A stretch of 64,000 nt of DNA from Polyangiaceae bacterium (GTDB lineage Bacteria; Myxococcota_A; Polyangia; Polyangiales; Polyangiaceae): the NCBI GenBank assembly GCA_044376115.1, contig JBILLK010000011.1:32001-96000 (forward strand), given 5' to 3'. A model generated the notes under the pieces. That model ran no database searches and was not told the origin of the DNA. It was given only the letters and a program-made list of their open reading frames with translations. Position 1 is the stretch's first letter. The number at the start of each line of letters is the position of its first letter. This document shows, piece after piece, positions 56,136-64,000 of the stretch. Made by a program: the position numbers and the translations under genes.

Positions 56136-58280
56136 TCAGCGACGAAACCACCAGGTCGGCGCATAGAGCCCACTCGCATTGTACAGTGTAAGTCTCGAGA
56201 GCGTGTTGTCTGGGCTCCGCTGCAGTTCAACGCTCGATTGTGTGAACGTCAGCGTAACCTTCCTCACCGAGCTGTTTTCAAGCACGTTAACCAGCTCTCG
56301 CCATCGGGCAGGTTGGGCCTCGCTCAGGGAGCCGTTTATAGGCCCGCTGGGGAGGCACTCGAGCTTTAGCTGCAAGAGCTTTGGCGCGCGCACGAGAAAG
56401 CGGTGCAGGTCCTCCAACTGGGCTGGTAACGTTAGATGCGCCTCTTGAAGCTCGCTGGCTTCAATCGCGCTAAGTGGCATACGCAAACGCTCTAGCTTTG
56501 TGAACTTTATCCCGCCTAGATGTTCCGCCCCTAGTCGATAGTCCGTTGCAGCTTCGAGAACGCACAGCCGCGGTAGAAGCCGCAAGAAGTCCTGAGAAAA
56601 GCTTGTTTCATACGGCGTATGAAGTTTGAGGGACGTCAGCTTGGAGAGACCATCGAGCGATGGAAACGGTTGTGGGCACGAGCGCATGACCCAGAGCTCC
56701 AGCCGAGTGATGGAGCTTAGCGCGTGCAGCGCCCCAGACGAGAACTCGTCGATCATGAGCACCGCCTCCTCCAAAACATCGAGCGCCATCAGCGTTGGCA
56801 AGCGGGGGACTACCAACGACAGGCTCTTCAGCTGCCTTGGGAGCGACAAGGCTGGGATAGGCTTTGTCACGTGGAGCTTCAGCACGCGCAGCTCCGTGAG
56901 CGCCCCCCAATCAATCGTGGGTAGTTCGCCCGAGACGCGTAGCTCCAAGCTGCGCAGCCTCGCGGGCAGAGCCAATGGGAAGGCTCCTCCGTCCAGCTCG
57001 AGTCGAAGGGTCTCGAGCTTGCGCAAGGGTGAGAAGCAGTCCGGCGGCAAACGCTGAGCCTGTAGCTCCAGCCGCGTGAGATCGGGAAGAGCCGCCCATT
57101 GGGCCGCTGTGGGGCCAACCGCGGCGTGCAGCTCCAGCTCTGTCCATGGTCGAGGAGAAGTCGCTAGCGCTGCGAGGCACTTCTGCGGAAGTCCCCGAAG
57201 CCTTCGCACCGACCCGGCCGAGGGTTGATTCAAGAACGCAACGAGATCGTTGGGAGGCGGCTTGTGGCAATCCACGACTGTATGCAGCGTTGCGCAGGCA
57301 GCCTCGTTCAGGAGCGGCTTGATGTTCTTGAACAACGCGATCTGTGCTGGGAAGCCGCGATCGAACTGGCAAGTCCCGGCGTTCGAGAGAGGTTGCGCCC
57401 ACGCAGCTAGTCGATTGGGCAGGCAGAGTACACCCAGGCGGTTCCGCTCTTCGGTATCCTCTTCGACGTCCTCCCCGGCGGGATTGAGCCCACCTGCTGC
57501 CTGCGCAAGCTGTAGCGTAATGAGCTCGCCGCGTTCGTCCCCTTGCGCGAGCAAGAGGGCCGCCAGAGCAAAGCGAGCCGCATCCGATTGGGGGTTTGCG
57601 TAGACCGCGGCGAAGGCCGCTTCTCGGGCGCCTGGTTGAGTCTGCGGCGCCTTGGGGTGAGGCAGCTCGGCCAGGTTCAACTGGCGCTCCAAGCGCTCCA
57701 CTCGGGCCAATTGCTCGGCGTCGAGGTGAGCCGCTACTGTGCTATAGAACTGCTGTGCGATAGCTCGGAGCTCATTGGCGATGTAGCCGCCCGTGCTCGA
57801 GTTAACGATACTAAGGTAGCGGTCCGCGAGCGCGCTTATCCGCTTTGCCTGATCCCGGGCTCTCGAGTCTCGCAGCGCCTCCAGAATCGAGTCGATCAGC
57901 GGGCGCGAGGAAAGCCCGGCGTACGGCGGGTCCTCCAGCAGCTCGACGAGGCTGGCAGCCAATCGCGGATCCTCACGCCCCACGAGGGTCTCGAGCTTAC
58001 GTGTCACTTCCGCCTGCGTTCCCGCGCGAAGTGCGGCGGCTAGCCTCGGAAAATCGAGCGGATCATTCAGCGCCGCGACAGCCCACCAGGCCTCGAGGTC
58101 CTGCTTGCGCCTGCCCATGCGAAGCTGCTCCCGTAGCGGCTCTGCCGCCGTGAGCTGTTGCGCTACCGTTGCGTACAGCCGGGCTACACGCTCATGCCGA
58201 CTTATCCTCCAATCCTCGGCTAGCAACGCGAGCAGGGCTCGGGACATAGGTAAGGGCTGGGTATCGTCACTCGAAGTCAC
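56136..58280 (-). CDS. TIGR02996-like domain + leucine-rich-repeat protein (C-terminus possibly frameshifted)
   Basis: FAAVYANPQSDAARFALAALL.AQGD.RGELI.LQ resembles TIGR02996; many L..L..L.L repeats follow. Confidence 0.85.
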   Translation of the reverse strand: MTSSDDTQPLPMSRALLALLAEDWRISRHERVARLYATVAQQLTAAEPLREQLRMGRRKQDLEAWWAVAALNDPLDFPRLAAALRAGTQAEVTRKLETLVGREDPRLAASLVELLEDPPYAGLSSRPLIDSILEALRDSRARDQAKRISALADRYLSIVNSSTGGYIANELRAIAQQFYSTVAAHLDAEQLARVERLERQLNLAELPHPKAPQTQPGAREAAFAAVYANPQSDAARFALAALLLAQGDERGELITLQLAQAAGGLNPAGEDVEEDTEERNRLGVLCLPNRLAAWAQPLSNAGTCQFDRGFPAQIALFKNIKPLLNEAACATLHTVVDCHKPPPNDLVAFLNQPSAGSVRRLRGLPQKCLAALATSPRPWTELELHAAVGPTAAQWAALPDLTRLELQAQRLPPDCFSPLRKLETLRLELDGGAFPLALPARLRSLELRVSGELPTIDWGALTELRVLKLHVTKPIPALSLPRQLKSLSLVVPRLPTLMALDVLEEAVLMIDEFSSGALHALSSITRLELWVMRSCPQPFPSLDGLSKLTSLKLHTPYETSFSQDFLRLLPRLCVLEAATDYRLGAEHLGGIKFTKLERLRMPLSAIEASELQEAHLTLPAQLEDLHRFLVRAPKLLQLKLECLPSGPINGSLSEAQPARWRELVNVLENSSVRKVTLTFTQSSVELQRSPDNTLSRLTLYNASGLYAPTWWFRR
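57109..57152. repeat. 44-bp exact direct repeat, copy A
   Basis: gtggggccaaccgcggcgtgcagctccagctctgtccatggtcg, identical to 62239-62282. Confidence 0.95.
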
Positions 58281-58295
58281 CGCGGACTCCCTGCT

Positions 58296-58907
58296 TTACG
58301 GTGTGCTGCTCGCGCTGGGCACGGCGCTCGCGCTGGGAGCGGCGCTGGGCGTTGCGCTCGCGCTAGGTCCTGCGGCGGGCTCAACCTTGGTCAAGCTGCC
58401 GTCAGCGTTGGGTGGCCAAAGGTAGAGAGTCGCTTCGCCGGTGGAACGGTCTACCAGCCGAGCGCGATTGCAGCGCTCATGGTCTGCAAGCCGTACGAAC
58501 ATCTTGGTGTTGACGCGAAAGGTCGGTCGCTTGCGGCCCTTCTCATCGCGTCCACGTGGGCCATCCCCGTTCAACGGAACGTCGAAGCGGTGCCGATCCA
58601 GCAGCTGGTCGTCATCCAAGAGCTCGACCGCAAAACGACCCATCACACGTGGCGTCGCCGTGGCCTGCTTCAAGGTGACCTCCGTCACTTCGCGCAACGC
58701 TGGAACGCTGTCCTTCACGATGATGGTAAACACCCACTGTTTGGTCGTCGCGACCGGCGTCGGATCCGGCGCGAACTCTGGCTTGCTGGTCGAGCTCGAC
58801 GCTGAGGCGGCTGCTGTCGAGTACGCGGCTGGCGGGGCCACCAACATGATGAGCGGAAGTGCTCCCACCGACAGACCCAGCGCTATTGCAGCCCTGAAGC
58901 TTTGCAT
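58296..58907 (-). CDS. Secreted hypothetical protein
   Basis: Signal-like N-terminus MQSFRAAIALGL; TPRVMGRFAVEL...LLDR.RFD.PL core; low-complexity SASA tail. Confidence 0.75.
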   Translation of the reverse strand: MQSFRAAIALGLSVGALPLIMLVAPPAAYSTAAASASSSTSKPEFAPDPTPVATTKQWVFTIIVKDSVPALREVTEVTLKQATATPRVMGRFAVELLDDDQLLDRHRFDVPLNGDGPRGRDEKGRKRPTFRVNTKMFVRLADHERCNRARLVDRSTGEATLYLWPPNADGSLTKVEPAAGPSASATPSAAPSASAVPSASSTP

Positions 58908-59025
58908 GACGGCCCGTCTTCCCACGCTTTGGTCGCCCCGTCGAGTCTGGAGGCTCGGTCGCCTCGGGGAAGGTGGGGCGCCGATTGGCGATGCGCTCGG
59001 AGCGCCCTGCGGGCAGAATGCCGGC

Positions 59026-60030
59026 GTGACGCCTGACGTTCTCGAGCAAACCTTGCTTCGCGTAGTAGACGCTTCGCTGCGGCTGAGTGTCATGATTTGG
59101 GGCCCCCCAGGCGTAGGCAAATCGAGCGTGGTGCGCGAGGTCGCGGAGCAACGCAAGTTGCCGTTCGTTGACCTGCGCATAAGCCAACTTGCTCCAACGG
59201 ACTTGCGAGGATTGCCCGTCCCTGATGGCAGCGTCGCGCGTTGGCTCCCTCCTGACTTCCTCCCCCGGAGCGGCAAAGGGGTGCTGTTTCTCGATGAGAT
59301 CAACCTCGCTCCTCCCGCCGTCCAGGCGATTGCGCAGCAGCTGGTGCTCGACCGTCGAGTCGGCTCCTACTGTCTGCCGGAGGACTGGTTCGTCTGGGCT
59401 GCCGGCAATCGCCGCGAAGACCGCGCCGCGGTATTCGATATGCCGGCTCCATTGGCAAACCGTTTTCTGCACTTCAGCGTGGAGCCAAACCTAGAGAGCT
59501 TCCTTAGGTATGCAGCTCGGCGTGAGCTGCCAGAGTTGCTGCTTGGTTTCTTGGCGTTTCGGCCAGCGCTGCTCCATAAGTTGGATCCAAGTTCTCCTGC
59601 TTGGCCCTCGCCGAGAAGTTGGGAGATGGCAGGAAGGCTATTGCGCTCAGACTTGCCCCTGGGCGCTGCCATTGGAGACCCTGCGGCGGACGAGGTAGCT
59701 GCCTATTCGCGCGTCGTTCACAGCCTTCCGGATGTGGTCACGATCTTGAATGGAGCCGGGAGCGGGCTCGCCTTCCCGCAAGAGCCGTCTCAGCGGTATG
59801 CCATGACGTTTGCCCTGGCCGGTCGCCCCGAGACAGTCGCGCAGGCCGTCAATGCATTTGTCTGGCTATGCGAGCGCTCCGAGGCTGAATGGGGACGCCT
59901 CTTTGCTGGTCAAGTGCTGGAGCGAATGCGCCTTAAAAAACTCGAGGCGAAGTTCATCCAAGCGGCGGTGAAGCAACCTGCGTTGGTACGCTTCCTGGGA
60001 GAGTACCGTGAGCTCGTCCGAGCAGACTGA
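59026..60030 (+). CDS. MoxR-like AAA+ ATPase
   Basis: Walker A WGPPGVGKS, DLRG.P, Walker B LFLDE, AAGNR..D, PLANRF.H, PSPRSWE. Confidence 0.93.
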   Translation: MTPDVLEQTLLRVVDASLRLSVMIWGPPGVGKSSVVREVAEQRKLPFVDLRISQLAPTDLRGLPVPDGSVARWLPPDFLPRSGKGVLFLDEINLAPPAVQAIAQQLVLDRRVGSYCLPEDWFVWAAGNRREDRAAVFDMPAPLANRFLHFSVEPNLESFLRYAARRELPELLLGFLAFRPALLHKLDPSSPAWPSPRSWEMAGRLLRSDLPLGAAIGDPAADEVAAYSRVVHSLPDVVTILNGAGSGLAFPQEPSQRYAMTFALAGRPETVAQAVNAFVWLCERSEAEWGRLFAGQVLERMRLKKLEAKFIQAAVKQPALVRFLGEYRELVRAD

Positions 60031-61120
60031 GGCCGCTATGCGCAAGGCGCGTGGCGCACTGCTCGAGCTCGCCGTGCACTCGCCCTTCTTCGGTACGTTG
60101 GCTCTTTTTGCGGGGTTGGTGGCCGCGCCCGAGCGGACACAGACCGCCGCAACCGACGGAAGAACCATCTTCTATTGCCCGGAGTACGTGAACCAGCTCT
60201 CTCGGAAGCAGCTGCGTGGGCTGCTGCTGCATGAAGTTCTTCACGCGGCGCTCCTTCACCCTAGCCGACGTGGTCTACGTGAGCCGCTGCGGTGGAACCT
60301 CGCTGCGGACATCGTCACCAACGGAATCGTACGAGCGCTCAATTGGGCTGAACTCCCCCAAGGCGCCATCATCGAAGCCGCGCTGGAGACCTTTAGCGTT
60401 GAGGAGGTCTACGAGCTCGTCGCGGTTACGCCGCAAACCAAGGCCCTCCTCAATCCGGACCTATTGGAGTCCGAGGGCCCACAAGTGAATGCGTCACGGG
60501 CCGAAACTGAAGCCTATTGGCGTCAGGCACGCGCGCAGGCGGAGGTGCTCAGCGCGCACGGCTCAAAGCCAGTAGGTCTCGTGCGTGAGCTGGGGAAGCT
60601 CGCAGATGCAAAGGTTGATTGGCGCACCGAGCTTTGGCGATTTGCTGCAAAGACCCCAGACGACTTTGCTGACTTTGACCGCCGCTTCATTCACCGGGGC
60701 TTGTACCTTGAGTCGCTGGCCGCCGAGACGCTGGAGCTGCGCTTGGCGCTCGATACCAGCGGCTCGATATCCATTCCGCTCCTTCACAGCTTTGTTAGTG
60801 AGGTGCGAGCAATTCTTGGCCTCTACCCGCGCGTTCGTGGAGAACTCTACTTTGCCGACGCTGCGCTCTACGGCCCGTATGATCTCGAGCAGCCGATCCC
60901 AACTGCGTTGGGTCGCGGCGGTACTTCCTTTGTGCCCTTCTTCGAGGCGATTGAGCGCGATAGCTCATTAGGCGCCAGTCGGGTAGCCATCTATCTAACG
61001 GACGGCTTTGGCGAGTTCCCGCGCTTCGTACCCACGCTCCCGGTGCTTTGGGCTGTCGCTCCGGGAGGCGCAAGGGATGAAACCTTTCCCTTCGGTCGCG
61101 TGATTCGAATGGTCGACTAG
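60008..61120 (+). CDS. DUF2201-type zincin-like metallopeptidase + vWA-like domain protein
   Basis: TAATDG, HEVLH (HExxH), WN.A.D...N, ALDTSGSI MIDAS, GRGGT.F.P.F, YLTDG.G. Confidence 0.92.
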   Translation: MSSSEQTEAAMRKARGALLELAVHSPFFGTLALFAGLVAAPERTQTAATDGRTIFYCPEYVNQLSRKQLRGLLLHEVLHAALLHPSRRGLREPLRWNLAADIVTNGIVRALNWAELPQGAIIEAALETFSVEEVYELVAVTPQTKALLNPDLLESEGPQVNASRAETEAYWRQARAQAEVLSAHGSKPVGLVRELGKLADAKVDWRTELWRFAAKTPDDFADFDRRFIHRGLYLESLAAETLELRLALDTSGSISIPLLHSFVSEVRAILGLYPRVRGELYFADAALYGPYDLEQPIPTALGRGGTSFVPFFEAIERDSSLGASRVAIYLTDGFGEFPRFVPTLPVLWAVAPGGARDETFPFGRVIRMVD

Positions 61121-61166
61121 TCCTACCGGAGGTCGGACCATCGACAAGAGGGGGCCGAACTCTCCC

Positions 61167-62606
61167 CTAGGCTGGTCTCTTGGCAAGCCCGTCGAGCACG
61201 CGCGGGTTGGTATCCTTCGCCAGCTCAGCGAGCACTGCCTGCGGCGTCGCTCGGTTCTTGGCTACCGCGCGGCGAATGGTGGGACTCTTGTCTCCCGCTA
61301 GCTTGGTCAGCAAAGACGGCGGCGCGTCCTTACGCGTGGCGGCCGCAAGTCGACTCAACCCGTCGCGTTCGGCAAGCAGCGCAGGCTCCGCGTGCGCCAG
61401 CAACTCTGCGCTCGCAATCGCGACCGCGGCCCGGCGTACACCTCGGCGAGGATGGCTCAATGCGGAGCTTACAGACGAGGTTGAGCAGGCAGGGTTTTGC
61501 AGGGCCGCGATGGCGACTGCTGGTACCGCGTCCAGCACCAAACGCGCGAGCTCCTCGGGCGCGGTGGTGGCACGCTTGGCGATCTGTTCACGAACGCGAT
61601 AGTCCGAATCTGCTGCAAGCAAGCCGCACTCTTCGCTCGTGAGATCGCTCAGAGAGGCAAGCGCCATGCGTGCCGTGAGTTCTCGCCGTACGAGTGAGCT
61701 GCGGATCGCTTGTGGTAGCTGCGCCGTACGAGCCGACACCCGGATCGCCGCGCGGACCACCGCATCTCTCGCCTCTCCAGCCGTGGGTTCCAAGTCCAGC
61801 AAGGGAGGGGTTGCTGCTTTGGGCCAAGCTGGATGCGTCAACAGCACCTCTACGGCTTGTGAACATGACTCCACATCAACGAATAGGCCGCGTTCGCCGG
61901 CGCTACACAGATAGCGCATGAGGATCGCTTGAAGTTGCGGTTCGCTCAGCTGAGGCTGCTTCGCTAATCCGGCCAGAACCTGCAGGTTCTCCTGGGGATT
62001 TCCTGGCGTGAGCGCCCCTCGCAGCAGCTCAGCGAGCTTCTCTTTCGAAGTATGCGCGTAGTGGGCGTGAAAGAAGGTTCCCAGCTCGGCGAAGGGCTCT
62101 GGCCTCAGAGGTTCTGCTGGTGAAAGCGCCTCGGCCAATAGCAAAAGTGCGGGACCGTTAGCCTCCCGTTCAGCGCGGCCCTCGTGGACCGCCCGTGCAA
62201 TGCGAAAGGCGGCTCGCTCCACCCCCGTTCGACGAATCGTGGGGCCAACCGCGGCGTGCAGCTCCAGCTCTGTCCATGGTCGGTCCTTGGTCCAAGCGTA
62301 GAGCTCAGGAGGTGCCCCGTGTACCAAGAAGGCAATCACCGAATGGATAGGAAACTTGGCAAACGCGCTCGCGCCGCCGAGTGAGGCCAGCCCAACCGCA
62401 GGGTGGGCCAAAACCTCTTTGGGGACCGCGGTGGCTATGTTTAATAAGACCCTTAATGGTGTATTGGTGTGGGCGGCAATTTTCGCCAAGAGCTCGCGAT
62501 GCTGTGGGTAGTCCTTGGCGAGCGCTGTCAGCCGTTTCTCATTGGTCTGAGCGTTACCGGCGTCCGAGATCGCCTTCAGCAAAACCTTGTCGGTTGCGTC
62601 CGTCAT
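61167..62606 (-). CDS. HEAT/LRV-type repeat protein
   Basis: IA.H.NTP, LA.D....VR..(I/V)A....T....L..L repeats at both ends. Confidence 0.85.
   Translation of the reverse strand: MTDATDKVLLKAISDAGNAQTNEKRLTALAKDYPQHRELLAKIAAHTNTPLRVLLNIATAVPKEVLAHPAVGLASLGGASAFAKFPIHSVIAFLVHGAPPELYAWTKDRPWTELELHAAVGPTIRRTGVERAAFRIARAVHEGRAEREANGPALLLLAEALSPAEPLRPEPFAELGTFFHAHYAHTSKEKLAELLRGALTPGNPQENLQVLAGLAKQPQLSEPQLQAILMRYLCSAGERGLFVDVESCSQAVEVLLTHPAWPKAATPPLLDLEPTAGEARDAVVRAAIRVSARTAQLPQAIRSSLVRRELTARMALASLSDLTSEECGLLAADSDYRVREQIAKRATTAPEELARLVLDAVPAVAIAALQNPACSTSSVSSALSHPRRGVRRAAVAIASAELLAHAEPALLAERDGLSRLAAATRKDAPPSLLTKLAGDKSPTIRRAVAKNRATPQAVLAELAKDTNPRVLDGLAKRPA
62239..62282. repeat. 44-bp exact direct repeat, copy B
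   Basis: Identical to 57109-57152; same strand and reading frame (RPWTELELHAAVGPT). Confidence 0.95.
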
Positions 62607-64000
62607 GGTGATTGCTTCTTTCTGGAGGCGCTCTTCTTCGCAGGAGCCTTCTTCGCCAAGGCTTCGCGAGCGAGGGCTCTAATCTGGAAGTTCTCGTCCT
62701 CGCCCAGTTGCGAAAGTGCAGCGAACGTCGCTCGGCGGCAAGCTGCCACGGCCAATCTCACCTCCGCGTCGGGGTCAGTACAGAGCAACTCCAAGAGCTC
62801 GGGCGGTGTGCTTGCGGCGCGTACGATCTGCAGACGAACCTTGAGGTCTGCGTCTTCTGCGAGCGCCGCTAGCACGGAGCCTGGAAGGTTGCGTTGCCGT
62901 ACCAGCTCACGGCGCGTAGCGGCGATGGGGTCAAGCAGCACCTCCTCCAACTCGAGCGGTACTTCGTCCGACTGCTGACCTGCATCTACAGGCGAAGTCG
63001 CGCGAAGTTTTCCGAGGCTTGCTGCGGCCGCCGTCCGCACCTGTGGCGTGGGGTCAACCGATAGCCGGCCGAGGATCTCTGCACCTGCAGCGAGGTTGCC
63101 CGCCACAGCGCCGCGTACATAACCGTTCGGGTCTCGCGATAGCGTTTCCAGCGTATCCACCGGTGTTGCCGGGTTGGCGCCAACAAACTGCCTCACGCTT
63201 GGCGCCGAGTCCGCGGCAAAACGAACGAGCTTGCTCGGATCCTGCGTGTGCCTGGTGACAGTCTCGCGCAGTTCCAAGCGCAGCGACGCATCGAGCTTAC
63301 TCAGCTCGGCGTCTGTCGAATGGCTTGCGCCGGCGAGCGCTAACAGCCGTACGAGCTCGACCGGATCTTGCAGCAAGCGTTCGCGCAGGAAGTCGGGCAG
63401 ATCCCCGCGGCGCACGAGCCTCTGGCGCACCACGTCAGCGCCGTCTCGACTGAGAGCCTCCATCAAGGCTTCGCTGAGCTGTACGTGGCCAGCAACCGAA
63501 CAACGAACGTCGACCCGTTCTGAACTCGCCAATCGAGTTAGCACCTGTGGAGGCGTCTTCGGATTCCGCGCGAGATCGAGCGCTACCTCCTCGCGCGCAT
63601 TCGGGCTGAAGGTCGTTTGCCAGAGCGCGCCCAGCTCATCACTCGAGAGTCGACCATTCTTGGCAAGTGCCACGCGCACTTTCTCCGACGGATCTGCGAG
63701 CATGAGGGCTATGTCGCTTGCCGAGGCGGCGGCCCGCGCGGCCGCCGCGCGCACCTCGGAGTGGGCGTCCCTGATACCAAGGTCTGTCAGCCGACCATCC
63801 CGTTGCAGTAGCTTCAACTTGGTCTCGATCCGACAATTGGGAAAAATCTCTCGCGCGACTGCCGTGGTAAGCGTCGGCGGGCTACCACCAAGCGGCTGCG
63901 ACGCATTCACCAACACCTTCGCGAGGGCGACCGGATCCTTGGCCGAACTCAGACCACCAAGCAGCGTCGCGCGCGCGGACTGCGAGAGCCTAGGTCCTAT
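62603..64000 (-). CDS. HEAT/LRV-type repeat protein, 5'-partial
   Basis: Frame open to the window edge; many L..D....VR...A.N...P repeats; stop overlaps the next start (ATGA). Confidence 0.85.
   Translation of the reverse strand: MGPRLSQSARATLLGGLSSAKDPVALAKVLVNASQPLGGSPPTLTTAVAREIFPNCRIETKLKLLQRDGRLTDLGIRDAHSEVRAAAARAAASASDIALMLADPSEKVRVALAKNGRLSSDELGALWQTTFSPNAREEVALDLARNPKTPPQVLTRLASSERVDVRCSVAGHVQLSEALMEALSRDGADVVRQRLVRRGDLPDFLRERLLQDPVELVRLLALAGASHSTDAELSKLDASLRLELRETVTRHTQDPSKLVRFAADSAPSVRQFVGANPATPVDTLETLSRDPNGYVRGAVAGNLAAGAEILGRLSVDPTPQVRTAAAASLGKLRATSPVDAGQQSDEVPLELEEVLLDPIAATRRELVRQRNLPGSVLAALAEDADLKVRLQIVRAASTPPELLELLCTDPDAEVRLAVAACRRATFAALSQLGEDENFQIRALAREALAKKAPAKKSASRKKQSP

Noticed and set aside
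58441..59025. 195-aa N-terminal extension of the MoxR ATPase and the 5' extension of the 58296 ORF to 59303
   Set aside because: Mutually overlapping antisense extensions. ATPase homology starts near GTG 59026, and the secreted protein's signal starts at ATG 58907.
57109..62282. DGR template/variable repeat pair or att sites of a prophage/ICE
   Set aside because: No adenine-specific mismatches, and no reverse transcriptase, integrase, tRNA or phage genes in the window.

Overview
GC-rich, densely coding chromosomal window that looks myxobacterial (Polyangiaceae/Sorangium-like). That assignment is an inference from the many Gly/Cys-rich lipoproteins, the TPR-PEGA/Ser-Thr kinase/ECF module, the TIGR02996-LRR protein and the DUF2169-VgrG pair. 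No rRNA, tRNA, CRISPR array, integrase or transposase was recognised. In order, it holds: an orphan T6SS-type DUF2169-vgrG pair; stress/detox genes; an APCDD1-like lipoprotein-YciI-ECF42 locus; a pentaheme cytochrome c; a C-type lectin lipoprotein; an orphan muramidase; a complete his operon (hisG, hisD-hisC in one ORF, hisH, A, B, F, N, IE); a TetR-regulated QueG-like/SCP2 Fe-S protein; a PPIase-HupE/UreJ-DUF3604 triad; a kinase signalling module; surface lipoproteins; HMG-CoA synthase; a PIN nuclease facing a Thg1-like 3'-5' polymerase; mutM; and a MoxR ATPase/vWA-metallopeptidase pair embedded among LRR and HEAT-repeat genes. Four observations go beyond the ORF track. (1) An apparently leaderless 27-aa His-rich leader peptide (HHGHHH) precedes hisG, with mutually exclusive RNA helices that reach the hisG RBS. 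(2) An exact in-frame 44-bp direct repeat is shared by two otherwise unrelated repeat-protein genes and brackets the MoxR/vWA segment. (3) The hisD-hisC fusion junction still carries an SD + GTGA overlap signature. (4) Paired operator/promoter motifs occur for the TetR and ECF42 loci. Several probable 1-nt frameshifts suggest possible consensus indel errors, so fusion and split-gene claims need read-level checks. All family assignments are by eye from motifs; no searches were run.
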